DNA of 64,000 nucleotides from Candidatus Doudnabacteria bacterium (GCA_041644975.1 JBAZQX010000008.1:334-64333); one strand, 5' to 3'; shown: positions 10,482-21,042, numbered from the stretch's first letter. A program made the numbers and translations. The notes: a model not told the origin generated them from the letters alone.

Positions 10482-11537
10482 CTAGAGTTTAAGGTTAGAA
10501 TCTGCCTGAAGGCTATGCCAGTCGTCGTAGTCTTTTTTTAATGCCCGTGGATAAGCCGCCCCTGCGATCATAGCAGCGTTATCAGTAGGGAAATCAGTAA
10601 TTAGTAACTCGTAATCAGTAACTGGTAAGGATTTTTTGAAGAAATTTTGAAGAGCCTGATTCGCGGCCACGCCGCCCGTCAATATTATTGTGGAGACTTT
10701 AAATTTTCGCGCCGCCCGCAAAGTTTTAATCACTAAAACTTCAAAGGCAGCCTCCTGAAAAGAGGCGCAAATATCTTGAACAACTTTTTTGTTCATTTTT
10801 TTAATTTGACGCGCTTGATAAAGCACGGCGGTTTTTAAGCCTGAAAAACTAAAGTTAAAATTACCCTGATTTAAGATTGGCCGTGGAAAAGAAAAAGCCT
10901 GTCTCCCGCCGCCTCGCGCCAGCTTTTCAACAATCGGTCCGCCCGGATAACCCAAGCCCAATAATTTAGCCACTTTATCAAAAGCCTCCCCGCAAGCGTC
11001 ATCAATAGTTTCGCCAATCACCTCATAATTTCCCCACTCTTTAACTAAGACCAACATTGTATGCCCCCCGGAAACCGTGAGGCAAACTGCTGGCAATCTA
11101 ACCTTCCTATTCTCTCCCTTAATTCTTGCTTCTTGCTTGCCCGCCGAAGCTCCATCAGCGAAGGCGGGATTCTTGATCCTAATAGAATAGATATGCCCCT
11201 CAATATGGTTTACGCCCAGTATGGGTTTCCTAAAAACATAAGCCAAGGTTTTAGCAGTATCCACGCCGACCATTAAAGAAGTAATTAAGCCTGGCCCCGT
11301 GGTGACGGCGATCGCGTCCAAATCTTTTCCTTCTACTTTAGCCTCTTCCAAAGCTCTTTGAATTACCGGAATGATGTTTTCCATATGGGCGCGAGAGGCG
11401 ATTTCAGGCACCACCCCGCCATAATGGGCATGTAACTTGACTTGGGAAGAAACTATGTTAGAAAGAATAACACGGCCATCTTTTACTACAGCAGCTGCGG
11501 TTTCATCACATGATGTTTCAATACCCAAAATTAACAT
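10482..11537 (-). CDS. tsaD: tRNA N6-adenosine threonylcarbamoyltransferase TsaD
   Basis: MLILGIETSCDETAAAV N-terminus and DNAAMIA C-terminal motif; Kae1/YgjD family. Confidence 0.9.
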   Translation of the reverse strand: MLILGIETSCDETAAAVVKDGRVILSNIVSSQVKLHAHYGGVVPEIASRAHMENIIPVIQRALEEAKVEGKDLDAIAVTTGPGLITSLMVGVDTAKTLAYVFRKPILGVNHIEGHIYSIRIKNPAFADGASAGKQEARIKGENRKVRLPAVCLTVSGGHTMLVLVKEWGNYEVIGETIDDACGEAFDKVAKLLGLGYPGGPIVEKLARGGGRQAFSFPRPILNQGNFNFSFSGLKTAVLYQARQIKKMNKKVVQDICASFQEAAFEVLVIKTLRAARKFKVSTIILTGGVAANQALQNFFKKSLPVTDYELLITDFPTDNAAMIAGAAYPRALKKDYDDWHSLQADSNLKL

Positions 11538-11539
11538 AA

Positions 11540-11700
11540 AATTTTAAATTTTAAGTTCTAAATTTTAAATCAAATCTAAATTTTAAATTCTTAATTTTAA
11601 AACTTTTTTTCCTTGGTTTTAAAATTTAAAATTATGATTTTAAAATTGAATTAAAATTAAAAATTTAGAATTTAAAATTCTATATATACGCTATCCTAAT
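11540..11700. repeat. AT-only low-complexity tract with reiterated aaattttaaa units
   Basis: About 160 bp with almost no G/C, made of short imperfect tandem AT repeats, between tsaD and the tRNA. Confidence 0.5.
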
Positions 11701-11817
11701 TATTGAAAATTATCAATCTTTATGCTAAAGTCATTTTGTTGTATATTTAAAAAACTTTTCACTTTTAACTCCCGCCTGCCAAAGCATGGCGGGCAGGTTA
11801 AACTTTTAACTTACATT

Positions 11818-11890
<73 letters not shown>

Positions 11891-12321
11891 CTAATAAATA
11901 ATCTAAAAATAAAAAATCGATTCTGAAAAATAACCTTTTCAATATCTAAAAGGAATCGAACCAGGGAAGGGGTAGGGGAAACAATAGTTTCCCCGCTGTG
12001 GAAGTATTGAAACCATGCCCGCCAATGTCTGGCATGGCAGGCGGGCGCAAGGTTTCAAAAAACTTTAGCGACGTGAGATTCCCCATAGGGCTGCAATTAA
12101 GAAATGTCAACAATTTGGTATCATCTTGCTTCACCAAGCGACCAAATTGTAATGGATTTTGGGTAGAAAAACGATTGGCGATTTTTTGCCAAAGGCAGGG
12201 GTAAAAAAATTTATCTCTATTAAACAGAAATCTGACTATTTCTTTTTTATTTTAGATTAGCCAAATTTGTGCGTTATCTGCAGATAATTTTGCTTATCTT
12301 AGGTCAAAATATAAGCATATC

Positions 12322-12349
12322 TTGACAAAATACGAAAATATGATATTAT
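12322..12349 (+). promoter_or_regulatory. near-consensus sigma70-type promoter (TTGACA - 16 nt - TATTAT)
   Basis: cttgacaaaatacgaaaatatgatattatatc lies about 105 nt upstream of the 12455 ORF. Confidence 0.4.
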
Positions 12350-12454
12350 ATCTATATCACACATTTTTACCTAAATAGGTATTGCATTTCAGTATTCAGC
12401 AGTTCTTTACCACGCGCCTGCACAATGCGGGCATTAAGATAAAGGAGTTTAATT

Positions 12455-12826
12455 GTGAACGCTTATCGCAGATGGCTCTGTAGGCAAAATAAAAACACGG
12501 GAAAACCAATGTGGTGGGTGGTTTTCGGCTTAGGTATAGTAATCGTGCTTACCTGGGTCGCTGCAGCTCTACCCTGCATCGGCATGTTTACTGGATGGAA
12601 CTCGCTGGGTGAAATCGTGCACCTGTCCACCAACAAACTCGGCTTAACCATCTATGGATTCTGGACCTTGTCTGAACCGGTGGCGACTTACTACATAGTC
12701 GGAGTGATTTTGTCCGTGGCTCTAGTTATGTTCGGGTGGCTCATAGCCGAAATCGGTCAGAACTATGGACACGGACTTCGGTATTATATGCCGGCATCCG
12801 GCCACCCTCATGGCTGCTGGCAGTAA
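12455..12826 (+). CDS. small integral membrane protein (123 aa), locally GC-rich gene
   Basis: Two or three predicted TM helices; GC content visibly higher than the flanking DNA. Confidence 0.45.
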   Translation: MNAYRRWLCRQNKNTGKPMWWVVFGLGIVIVLTWVAAALPCIGMFTGWNSLGEIVHLSTNKLGLTIYGFWTLSEPVATYYIVGVILSVALVMFGWLIAEIGQNYGHGLRYYMPASGHPHGCWQ

Positions 12827-13041
12827 TCTATGTCGAGGATGAGTTACACCGTCCTCACTACCTCTTTGTAAATTTTGATAAAATTTACTATAGGGAGGTA
12901 GTTTTTTATTTATGCAGTATTTTTCATTCTTTCCCGTTATAAATTAAAGAACAGACTTGCTGCTCTTTCAAAATCAAAATTGCCTCTTATCTCTTGTTCT
13001 GTTATAATGAACGCAAAATCAACCGTTCTTGTTTTTTGATT

Positions 13042-13728
13042 ATGCGACTTTTATTCTACATCTTGATTGCGCTCGCGCCAGGTATTTTTTGGCTCATTTT
13101 TTATCGCCGCAAGGATCGTGAAGAGCCGGAACCTGTAAAGCTCGTCTTTAAAATCTTCATCTGGGGTATGTTGATGACCATACCGGCAGCCGCCTTGGAA
13201 TTTATCGTGGACTACATTATGCCTTACTCGGATAATGATAGCATCAGTCAAATTATCTGGGGGACCTTTCTCGTGATTGCGCCGGTGGAAGAGTATTTAA
13301 AATATCTTGTAATCAAAAGAAAAGTCTACCGCCGCCCTGAATTTGACGAACGATTGGACGGGATTATTTATGGCACGGTCGCGGGTCTTGGCTTCGCTTC
13401 CTTAGAAAATCTGATGGCCACCTTAGGCAATGGTCCTTCTATTATTCTCTTCCGCTTTTTTACCGCCACCCTAATGCACGCCTTAACCTCTGGTATTGTC
13501 GGCTATTACTTAGGCCGTGCCCGCTTTAACCCGAAAGCGGAAAAAAAGCTAATCCTGCGCGGACTTCTAATTGCCATCATCATCCACGGAGCCTACAATT
13601 TTATGATTACGTTGAGACTGAATCTGACTATCCCCTTCTTAATCATCTTACTCCTCGGTATTTTTATCACTTTGAATCAGCTGATTAAAATCCTAAAAGG
13701 GAGAAAAGCCCAGCTTAATAGTAAATAA
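13042..13728 (+). CDS. PrsW-family intramembrane protease
   Basis: Multi-TM protein with EEYLKYLV, FASLENL and HALTSGIVGYY motifs typical of PrsW; the ORF opens at 12994 but the probable start is MRLLFY. Confidence 0.65.
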   Translation: MRLLFYILIALAPGIFWLIFYRRKDREEPEPVKLVFKIFIWGMLMTIPAAALEFIVDYIMPYSDNDSISQIIWGTFLVIAPVEEYLKYLVIKRKVYRRPEFDERLDGIIYGTVAGLGFASLENLMATLGNGPSIILFRFFTATLMHALTSGIVGYYLGRARFNPKAEKKLILRGLLIAIIIHGAYNFMITLRLNLTIPFLIILLLGIFITLNQLIKILKGRKAQLNSK

Positions 13729-13761
13729 TTTTAATAATTAAGAAATAGGAGGCAAAATAAA

Positions 13762-14208
13762 ATGGCAAAAAAAACTTTTTTGGAAAAACTGGCAGGAGCA
13801 AAAAATGTTCCGCTGGAAAATGCTCCTCAAAGGAATGAGGGCAATATCCCGCCGCGTGAAGAGCCCACGCAAGACTATGAAGGCCAACTCACCATTGATG
13901 TCTATCAGACTCCCAATGAAATTGTGATCAAATCTACTATTGCCGGCGTGAAACCGGAAGATTTAGACGTCACGATCAACAATGATATGCTCACCATCAA
14001 AGGCGTGCGCAAAAATGACGCGCGGAATAAACCCGAGGATTATTACTATCAAGAATGTTACTGGGGTCCTTTCTCCCGCTCCGTGATTCTGCCCGTGGAT
14101 GTAGAAGCAGAAAACATCAAAGCGGAATTAAAAAATGGCATTCTCACCATTGTTCTCCCTAAGGCCTCCAAAGCCAAAACAAAAACAATCACCGTGGAAG
14201 CTACATAA
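13762..14208 (+). CDS. Hsp20/alpha-crystallin small heat-shock protein
   Basis: 148 aa with an ACD domain (IDVYQTPNEIVIK...GILTIVLPK). Confidence 0.85.
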   Translation: MAKKTFLEKLAGAKNVPLENAPQRNEGNIPPREEPTQDYEGQLTIDVYQTPNEIVIKSTIAGVKPEDLDVTINNDMLTIKGVRKNDARNKPEDYYYQECYWGPFSRSVILPVDVEAENIKAELKNGILTIVLPKASKAKTKTITVEAT

Positions 14209-14310
14209 AAGGCGCGCCTCTTTCAATACGCTTTTAAAAACAAAAGAATCACGCAGTTTGTCTTTTTTTACCACACGCGCATATAAAAAAATAATCAATA
14301 CTTTTCACCT

Positions 14311-17037
14311 ATGATTACAATCCAAAACAAGATTTCTTCTGTTTGTGACCATATTATTCTTTGGGCATTAATTTTGCTGGCTTTTTTGGTTCCCCTCTTT
14401 TTTCTCCCTTTTACGCCGCAACTCACCGAGTTCTCCAAGCAAGTCCTTTTCTTTGTCACTGTTCTAATTGGGTATCTTGCTTGGTTTGGCAAGGGAATCT
14501 TAAATAAAAAACTCATTATTAAACGGACTCCTCTGGATATTCCCATTCTGGCCTTTTTAATTGTGTATGGACTGGCGACCATCTTTTCGGTGGACCGCGT
14601 GACGAGTATTTTAGGCGCTTACGGCCAAGGCGCCGCAGGCTTGGTGAGTGTTATTTTTTACGCCCTTCTGTATTTTATCTTGGTGAGCAATGTGAACAGC
14701 CGCAAAAAAGTATTGCGGCTTTGTATAAGCCTTCTCATCTCTACTACTATTTTAGTTGCTTTTGTTTTTCTCCAAATCTTTAATATCTTCATCCTGCCTT
14801 TTGAGTTCGCAAAAAACATCTCTTTCAACCCCGTAGGCTCCTTCTCGTCGCTTGTGACCTTTCTCGCCTTTGTCTTAAGCATCGCCACCGCTTTTTTGCT
14901 AAAGCCCCGGATGAATATCATCTTTAGAATTATGGTTTTAATCTTGGTTTTAGCCGCGCTTATTCTGCTCAACACGATTAATTTCAAAATAGCCTGGCAT
15001 ATCCTTATCCTAAGTATGTTTATTATCTTGAGCTTTGGAATCGCCAAGGAAAAAGAATATATCAACAAAGGATGGTTAATCGTGCCCGCGGCTATCCTCG
15101 TAATTGCTATTTTCGCCACTACATTGGGTATTCCCTCTATTATTAAAGGAAAACTACCCAGCGAGGTTTCTCTAAGCTTTAAACTTTCCATGGAAACTAC
15201 TCGCCAAACTCTCTGGCATGGTTTCTTTAATTTTCTTTTCGGTTCTGGACCAGAGACTTTCGGTTATGATTTTTCAAGCTTCCGACCAGCCAGCTTTAAT
15301 CAAAATATCATCTGGAATGTCCGCTTTGACAAAGCCAATAACACCTATCTGGAACTTTTAGCTACCAGCGGCGCTTTAGGGATATTAACCTATATTGTGA
15401 TCCTTCTAATTTTTATTGGATCCTCCAGTCTCCTACTAATCAAATCAAAAAGAGAGTATCTTCCTGCCCGCCATCGCTTCGCTTCAGGCGAGGCGGGCGG
15501 GTTCGGAACAAACAATAATAAGTCCCAAAAAATGGCGTTGCCTCCCCATCAATCCTTCTTAAAATCAAGATTTGCCTTGTTCCACAAATCCGCCACCCTA
15601 AACCCTCCCCCGGAAAAAACAATAGATCCTGGCAACGCAAATGAGCAAAGAACCGAGACAACAACTTCAACGCCAATAGAACTCCCAAATATTGAGAGAG
15701 AAGCTACCCTCCCAACCGCGGAAGAACCGCGGAACATTAATATTAACCTTAAAACAGGAAGGGAAATCTTCCATTCCTCATCATCTAAAGGAGTCGTGGA
15801 TTTGAAAACCAGAACAATCAAAGAAGACGAAGAGGAAGAGGAAGAAGAAGAGATAGCGCGCCCCGAACCGCATGCTGATTTTATTATCTTGGGTATCGTA
15901 GGCGCTTGGGCGGCTCTGTTTCTCGCTAACTTTTTAAATTTCGCCAATACCACACTGCAAATTTTTTTCTGGTTCTCCATGGGGTTGATTATGGCCCTCG
16001 TTACTGTCTATCGCCCTCAAGAATTTAAAAAAACAAAGCTTTCTTTCAAGACCTCGCCCAAATATGCGCTGTTTCTCTCCTTTATCTTTGTGTTAGCCCT
16101 TTGTATGGTTACGGTTCTCTTTACTTATCTCGGAAAAATTTATCTGGCGGACGTTTACCATCAACGAGGGTTAGAGAAAATTGCCGCGGAAAAATACAAC
16201 GAAGCTACCGCCCTCTTCCACCGTGCCGTCGCGCTAAATAAATACCGACCAATATACTATTTAGCCCTAGCCCAAAACTACTTGACCCAAGCTAACTTAG
16301 AAGCCGCCAAGGGAGAAGCGGCAGACATCAACCAAATTCAAACCCTGGTTGCCAATAGTATCAACGAATCCAAACTCGCTACCGATCTTTCCCCTAGCGA
16401 TGTCAATCTGTGGGAAGCCCGAGGTCAAATCTACGAAAACACAACTCTCTACTCGCGAAACGCCAATGAATGGGTGATTAAGTCTTATGAAAAGGCGCTG
16501 GAATTAGAGCCGACGAATCCCACCTTTTTAGCGAAACTCGGACGTGCCTATATGATTTCCGCTTCCACGGCAGAAGGCGAAGAGCAAGAAAATAATTATA
16601 ATCAGGCTCTGGAAGCTTTCAAAAAGGCGGTGGAGTTAAAACCAGACTACCTTGCCGCCCATTATTATCTTGCTCTAATTTATGAAAACAAGAAACAGTT
16701 TGACGAAGCCTTAGAGCAAATTGGCACCGCGTATCAAATTGCTCCCCAAAATCAAGATATCATTTATGAATTGGGTCGCGTTTCCTATAATAAAGCAATG
16801 GTTGGAGATCATAATGACTTAAAAAATAACTTAGATTTCCAACGCGCCATGGATGCCTTCAATCTCGTGGTCAGTCAAAATGCCAACCACGCCAATGCTC
16901 TCTATAGTCTAGGCTTGGCTTATGAAAGTCTGGGTGAAACTGGTAAAGCCTTAGAAAATATTCGAAGGGTTCAAGAACTCAATCCAGATAATGAACAGAT
17001 TAAACAAAAAGTCCAAGATTTAGAATCCAAACTCTAA
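14311..17037 (+). CDS. polytopic membrane protein (O-antigen ligase/Wzy-like) with C-terminal TPR repeats and a low-complexity insert
   Basis: At least 10 TM helices in the N-terminal half, TPR-like repeats in the C-terminal 300 aa, and a poly-Glu run in the middle. Confidence 0.6.
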   Translation: MITIQNKISSVCDHIILWALILLAFLVPLFFLPFTPQLTEFSKQVLFFVTVLIGYLAWFGKGILNKKLIIKRTPLDIPILAFLIVYGLATIFSVDRVTSILGAYGQGAAGLVSVIFYALLYFILVSNVNSRKKVLRLCISLLISTTILVAFVFLQIFNIFILPFEFAKNISFNPVGSFSSLVTFLAFVLSIATAFLLKPRMNIIFRIMVLILVLAALILLNTINFKIAWHILILSMFIILSFGIAKEKEYINKGWLIVPAAILVIAIFATTLGIPSIIKGKLPSEVSLSFKLSMETTRQTLWHGFFNFLFGSGPETFGYDFSSFRPASFNQNIIWNVRFDKANNTYLELLATSGALGILTYIVILLIFIGSSSLLLIKSKREYLPARHRFASGEAGGFGTNNNKSQKMALPPHQSFLKSRFALFHKSATLNPPPEKTIDPGNANEQRTETTTSTPIELPNIEREATLPTAEEPRNININLKTGREIFHSSSSKGVVDLKTRTIKEDEEEEEEEEIARPEPHADFIILGIVGAWAALFLANFLNFANTTLQIFFWFSMGLIMALVTVYRPQEFKKTKLSFKTSPKYALFLSFIFVLALCMVTVLFTYLGKIYLADVYHQRGLEKIAAEKYNEATALFHRAVALNKYRPIYYLALAQNYLTQANLEAAKGEAADINQIQTLVANSINESKLATDLSPSDVNLWEARGQIYENTTLYSRNANEWVIKSYEKALELEPTNPTFLAKLGRAYMISASTAEGEEQENNYNQALEAFKKAVELKPDYLAAHYYLALIYENKKQFDEALEQIGTAYQIAPQNQDIIYELGRVSYNKAMVGDHNDLKNNLDFQRAMDAFNLVVSQNANHANALYSLGLAYESLGETGKALENIRRVQELNPDNEQIKQKVQDLESKL
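15463..15506. repeat. 45-bp fragment of the Family B MITE-like element embedded in-frame in the CDS
   Basis: cctgcccgccatcgcttcgcttcaggcgaggcgggcggg is 44/45 identical to 52806-52850 and encodes LPARHRFASGEAGGFG. Confidence 0.6.
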
Positions 17038-17139
17038 AAAGACTGAATTTCCAAAAACTATAATGAACAAAGCCCTCTTTATTTGGAAAGAGGGCTTTAA
17101 ATTTGAAAAAAAAGTATCTTTTCGTTATAGTATAATAAA

Positions 17140-17170
17140 CCCCGTTAGAGAACGAGATTCTTTAACGGGG
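17140..17170. terminator. Family A minimal hairpin (ccccgttagagaacgagattctttaacgggg) downstream of the TPR gene
   Basis: 13-bp stem with one mismatch, about 100 bp after the stop codon. Confidence 0.5.
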
Positions 17171-17293
17171 TAAATAACAAAAACGCAAAGCGTAGAATTT
17201 CATCCCTAGCGGGAGATCACCCGAAAGGGTGACAAAACCACAACTAAAAAACGCTTTATAGTTTTAGTTTTAAAACAAAGTTGATTTTATTTT

Positions 17294-19162
17294 ATGCCTA
17301 AAAGAAACAAGAATAAACTGAATCTCCCATTCTTTTGCACCATCGTCTTTCTTCTGGTATTTGGCGGTTTTATTTTAATGCAGAATCTCCTCTACGCCGA
17401 AAAAATTTACCCCCATATCAAAGTGGCGGGTTTAGATCTGGGAAGTAAAACCAAAAATGAGGCGCAAAGCATCTTGCAAGACCGCATCAACTATTTTCAA
17501 AATCAGGGGGTCTCTATTTTCTATAAAGAAAGGGAATGGCCCCTGGCTGAAGAAGATATCGGACTTACCTTCAAAGTGAACCAAACTTTGGACGAAGCGT
17601 TTCTTTTCGGTCACGAAGAGGATATTATTCAAAGGTTAAAAAGCCAACTTGCAATTCTCACACAGGGTGTGAATTTATCTTTGCGATATGAACTAGACGA
17701 GGATAAGCTAGATCAATATCTAAAAAATAACTTAATGTTCTTAGAGATAAAACCGGAGATGGCGGAAGTGATTTTGGAAAATTCTGGTTTCGAAATTAAA
17801 GAAGAAAAAACTGGTCAAGAGATAGACCTCGCGGAACTCAAGCAAAAAATTAAAAATAGTTTAGATAATCTTCAGGATCAAAAAATAGAGGTGGTTATTA
17901 AAGAAAGCCGCCCTGAAGTGACCCGCGCCAATGTCCTAGATGCTTATAATATGGCGGAGGAAATGGTTCAAAAACCCTTAAAACTTACTTATGAAAAAAA
18001 ATATTGGACTGTTTCTCCAAAAATGCTTGTTTCTTGGGTTGACTTTCAATTAAACCAAGATAAGGTAATGGAGGCGGGTTTAAAAAGGGAAACCGCGGAC
18101 GCCTTTCTAAAAAACGTTGCCGCTGAAATTGAACAGGAACCTGAAGATGCCCGTTTTAAAATTGACAATAGCCGCGTCGTTGCTTTTGAGTTAGGGCAGG
18201 ATGGCAAAAAGATTGATTTGGAAGAAACGATGGAATTGATTAAAAACGCCCTGCAAACTCCAACCGAAGGGAGCGAGAAAAAAACGGAAATCACAGTGCG
18301 CACGGTCACGCCCAATGTAAGCAATCAAAATATTGATGAACTCGGCATTAAAACCTTGATTGGTACGGGAGAATCAGACTTTGCCGGCTCTCCCTTAAAC
18401 CGCAAACATAATATTGGTGTCGGCTCGGAAAAATTGAACGGTGTTTTAATTGAACCGGGCGAAGAATTCTCCATCGTTCAAACCTTAGGCGAGGTATCGG
18501 CAGCTACGGGTTACAAACCAGAACTTGTGATTAAACCCGAGGGAACGATTCCCGAATTTGGCGGGGGCTTGTGCCAAGTCTCCACAACCCTCTTCCGCGC
18601 GGCTATATATTCTGGCCTGCCGATCACGGAACGCAAAGCCCATAAATATGTCGTCTCTTATTATAAACCGACTGGAATGGATGCCACGATTTATATTCCT
18701 CATCCAGATCTGCGTTTTAAAAACGACACGCCGGGTCATATCTTGATCCAAAAACGCATCATTGGCAATAAACTCTATTTTGATTTTTACGGCACTGACG
18801 ACGGTCGCGAGGTAAAAATTGAAGGTCCGTACTATACTTCAGGGTGGGTTAACCCGAGCCCGCCGGAATACATTGAAACCAACACCCTGAAAAAAGGAGA
18901 AAAGAAACAAATAGAAAAGGAACACAAGGGCATTTCCACGGTTTTTCACCGCGCCATAACCCGTGATGGGCAGGAAATTCTGCGTGATAGTTTTTATTCT
19001 AAATACCAGCCTTGGAACGCCGTATTCTTAGTAGGCACAGGCGGAACTGATGTCAAAGGCGAACAAAAAGAAAATACTCCGCCCAAAATAGAAAACCAAC
19101 AAAAAAAACCGCCCCCACCGACAGAAATTAAAAAGAAGCCACCCGTCAAGGAAGAGGAATAA
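17294..19162 (+). CDS. VanW-domain protein with N-terminal TM anchor
   Basis: The C-terminal GEEFSIVQTLGEVSAATGYKPELVI...GGGLCQVSTTLFRAA matches the VanW domain; 622 aa. Confidence 0.75.
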   Translation: MPKRNKNKLNLPFFCTIVFLLVFGGFILMQNLLYAEKIYPHIKVAGLDLGSKTKNEAQSILQDRINYFQNQGVSIFYKEREWPLAEEDIGLTFKVNQTLDEAFLFGHEEDIIQRLKSQLAILTQGVNLSLRYELDEDKLDQYLKNNLMFLEIKPEMAEVILENSGFEIKEEKTGQEIDLAELKQKIKNSLDNLQDQKIEVVIKESRPEVTRANVLDAYNMAEEMVQKPLKLTYEKKYWTVSPKMLVSWVDFQLNQDKVMEAGLKRETADAFLKNVAAEIEQEPEDARFKIDNSRVVAFELGQDGKKIDLEETMELIKNALQTPTEGSEKKTEITVRTVTPNVSNQNIDELGIKTLIGTGESDFAGSPLNRKHNIGVGSEKLNGVLIEPGEEFSIVQTLGEVSAATGYKPELVIKPEGTIPEFGGGLCQVSTTLFRAAIYSGLPITERKAHKYVVSYYKPTGMDATIYIPHPDLRFKNDTPGHILIQKRIIGNKLYFDFYGTDDGREVKIEGPYYTSGWVNPSPPEYIETNTLKKGEKKQIEKEHKGISTVFHRAITRDGQEILRDSFYSKYQPWNAVFLVGTGGTDVKGEQKENTPPKIENQQKKPPPPTEIKKKPPVKEEE

Positions 19163-19206
19163 AAAAAAATGACGAGTAGACCCCGTCATAAGATAAAAAT
19201 CCGCTT

Positions 19207-19392
19207 CTATCTCAAGCGACTAACAAGAAAGACAAAGGGTATTAAAACGACTATGTCTGTTATAATCATTCCCCATCTTCCTTGAGGAAGCTTCAAGTGT
19301 TTAAATAACTGCCATACAAGAATAGTAAAAATAGCATAAAGCGCGCCGTTCCAACACAATAATAATATAAAATCAACTATCGTCCCATTCAT
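19207..19392 (-). CDS. small membrane protein (about 61 aa)
   Basis: MNGTIVDFILLLCWNGALYAIF..., two TM helices; the longer 113-aa ORF upstream overlaps a structured region and is doubtful. Confidence 0.3.
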   Translation of the reverse strand: MNGTIVDFILLLCWNGALYAIFTILVWQLFKHLKLPQGRWGMIITDIVVLIPFVFLVSRLR

Positions 19393-19446
19393 TTGTATCC
19401 TCCTTGGTTGTTTTAAAGCACAACATAAACCTCTGATATAGCGCTC

Positions 19447-19715
19447 CTTAATCTGTAGACGTGCGCTCCCAAGTCTACTTGAGAGCAAGGCTAATCCTCG
19501 AGGATAAGGCAAGTCTGCCCCCCTCACCCAGAAAGGATTTGGGTACAAACACCCGACATATTTTGATATGGATTAATCAATAAAACTCAAAATATATGGG
19601 TAGTGGATTGATATTGAGCTCTGCTCATATCCATTCTGGGTGAGGGGTAACTCGCGCTTTATAAATATCCATCGCAAAAAGATTAGCCCTTCTTTAAAAC
19701 CGCCTACAGATTAAG
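19447..19715. ncRNA. candidate structured RNA / nested long-range inverted repeats
   Basis: ttaatctgtag (19447) pairs with ctacagattaa (19705), ccctcacccagaa (19520) pairs with ttctgggtgaggg (19636), and there are internal hairpins gggtacaaacaccc, tgagctctgctca and atatggat/atccatat. Confidence 0.3.
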
Positions 19716-19729
19716 AAGTACCATCTTTA

Positions 19730-19820
19730 CCCCGTTGGAGAAAGTGGGGAAGATATAGACGCTGACCCCGTTAGAAATAAATTTCTAAACGGGGTCAGAG
19801 AATGAAGTTCTCTAACGGGG
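19730..19820. repeat. Family A palindromic element, copy upstream of ruvB
   Basis: ccccgttggagaaag ... ccccgttagaaataaatttctaaacgggg ... ttctctaacgggg. Confidence 0.7.
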
Positions 19821-19964
19821 TTTACAGACGAACGCTATACATTAGCACAGTTAAAATCTCCTGTCAAGCCTTTTTGTAAAAAACGAAGAAAATTCAAAAT
19901 AAATCTTTGTCAACGCGCAAAATCAATTGTATAATATAATGAACAGGTTTAAATCCAAACCAAA

Positions 19965-20981
19965 ATGCCATTGAGTCCAGTCGTCTCCCATACTGAAAAA
20001 AATGAAGATAAAAATCTTGATTTAAGACTTAGACCGCAAACCCTTAAAGAATATATCGGTCAAGCTAAAATCAAAGAAAGTCTGGCAATTTTTTTAGCCG
20101 CGGCAAAAAAAAGGAAAGAACCTTTAGAACACATCCTTCTGTACGGACCGCCGGGATTAGGAAAAACTACCCTTGCCAATATCATCGCGCGGGAAATGGG
20201 GGTAGCGATTAAAACTACCTCCGGACCCGCTTTAGAGCGGCCTGGCGATTTGGGCGCGATTTTGACTAATCTTGAGGATGGCGACATCCTCTTTATTGAT
20301 GAGTGCCACCGCATGAATCGCCAGATTGAAGAAATTCTGTATCCCGCGATGGAAGAGCAGGTTTTAGATATTATTATCGGCAAAGGACCTTCGGCTAAAA
20401 ACATCCGCCTCCCCTTGAATTGTTTCACCCTGATCGGCGCAACCACCAAAATCGGCATGCTCTCCTCGCCTTTGCGCGACCGTTTCGGCTCGGTTTATCG
20501 CCTGCGCTATTATGAAGTAGAGGAGATAGAACAAATCATCGCGCGTTCCAGCCATATCCTTAAAGTGCAAAAAATGGAAAAGGCGGCCCTGAAAAAACTT
20601 GCCTGCTGTTCACGCCGCACGCCCAGAATTGCCAATCGGCTCTTAAAAAGAGTACGCGATTACGCCGAAGTGAAAACAAACGGTTCTGTTAACCTAAAGG
20701 TGGTCGAAGCCGCCCTAGCTATGCTGGAAATTGACAAGTTAGGCTTAGATCATATTGACCGCGAACTATTGAAAGTGATTATTGAAAAATTTGACGGCGG
20801 ACCAGTGGGTTTGAATGCCCTCTCCGCTTCTTCTTCCGAAGAACAAGACGCGATTGAAGAGGTGCACGAACCCTTTTTATTGCAAGCGGGTTTATTGACC
20901 CGCACCCCGCGCGGCAGAATCGCCACCGATCTTGCCTATGAGCACTTAAACATTGTTCCTCATAAACAGAAGATGCTATAA
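19965..20981 (+). CDS. ruvB: Holliday junction branch migration helicase RuvB
   Basis: [12 protein letters not shown]...[18 protein letters not shown]; AAA+ fold; 338 aa. Confidence 0.9.
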   Translation: MPLSPVVSHTEKNEDKNLDLRLRPQTLKEYIGQAKIKESLAIFLAAAKKRKEPLEHILLYGPPGLGKTTLANIIAREMGVAIKTTSGPALERPGDLGAILTNLEDGDILFIDECHRMNRQIEEILYPAMEEQVLDIIIGKGPSAKNIRLPLNCFTLIGATTKIGMLSSPLRDRFGSVYRLRYYEVEEIEQIIARSSHILKVQKMEKAALKKLACCSRRTPRIANRLLKRVRDYAEVKTNGSVNLKVVEAALAMLEIDKLGLDHIDRELLKVIIEKFDGGPVGLNALSASSSEEQDAIEEVHEPFLLQAGLLTRTPRGRIATDLAYEHLNIVPHKQKML

Positions 20982-21042
20982 TAACTTGAATAACTTTCTA
21001 TTTACAATCAATTTTTGATGCTTCAATACCTAAATTTTCAAA

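Noticed and set aside
11540-11700. AT-rich repeat tract as a replication origin
   Set aside because: There is no dnaA gene and no DnaA-box-like motifs nearby. It is more likely a low-complexity spacer or promoter region.
11940-12000. tRNA-like T-loop (ggttcgattcc on the minus strand) downstream of tRNA-Glu
   Set aside because: The flanking bases do not form a T-stem or acceptor stem. It is probably a tRNA-derived remnant or chance occurrence, not a second tRNA gene.
14295-14582. 95-aa minus-strand ORF overlapping the start of the 908-aa gene, plus similar antisense ORFs inside polA, pilB, the 1256-aa gene and others
   Set aside because: They are fully embedded antisense to long, well-supported genes, with no independent signals. 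They are typical shadow ORFs.
19207-19548. 113-aa minus-strand ORF as a real protein
   Set aside because: Its N-terminal half overlaps the nested inverted-repeat region and is Arg/Leu-rich with no hydrophobic pattern. Only the C-terminal 61 codons look like a membrane peptide.
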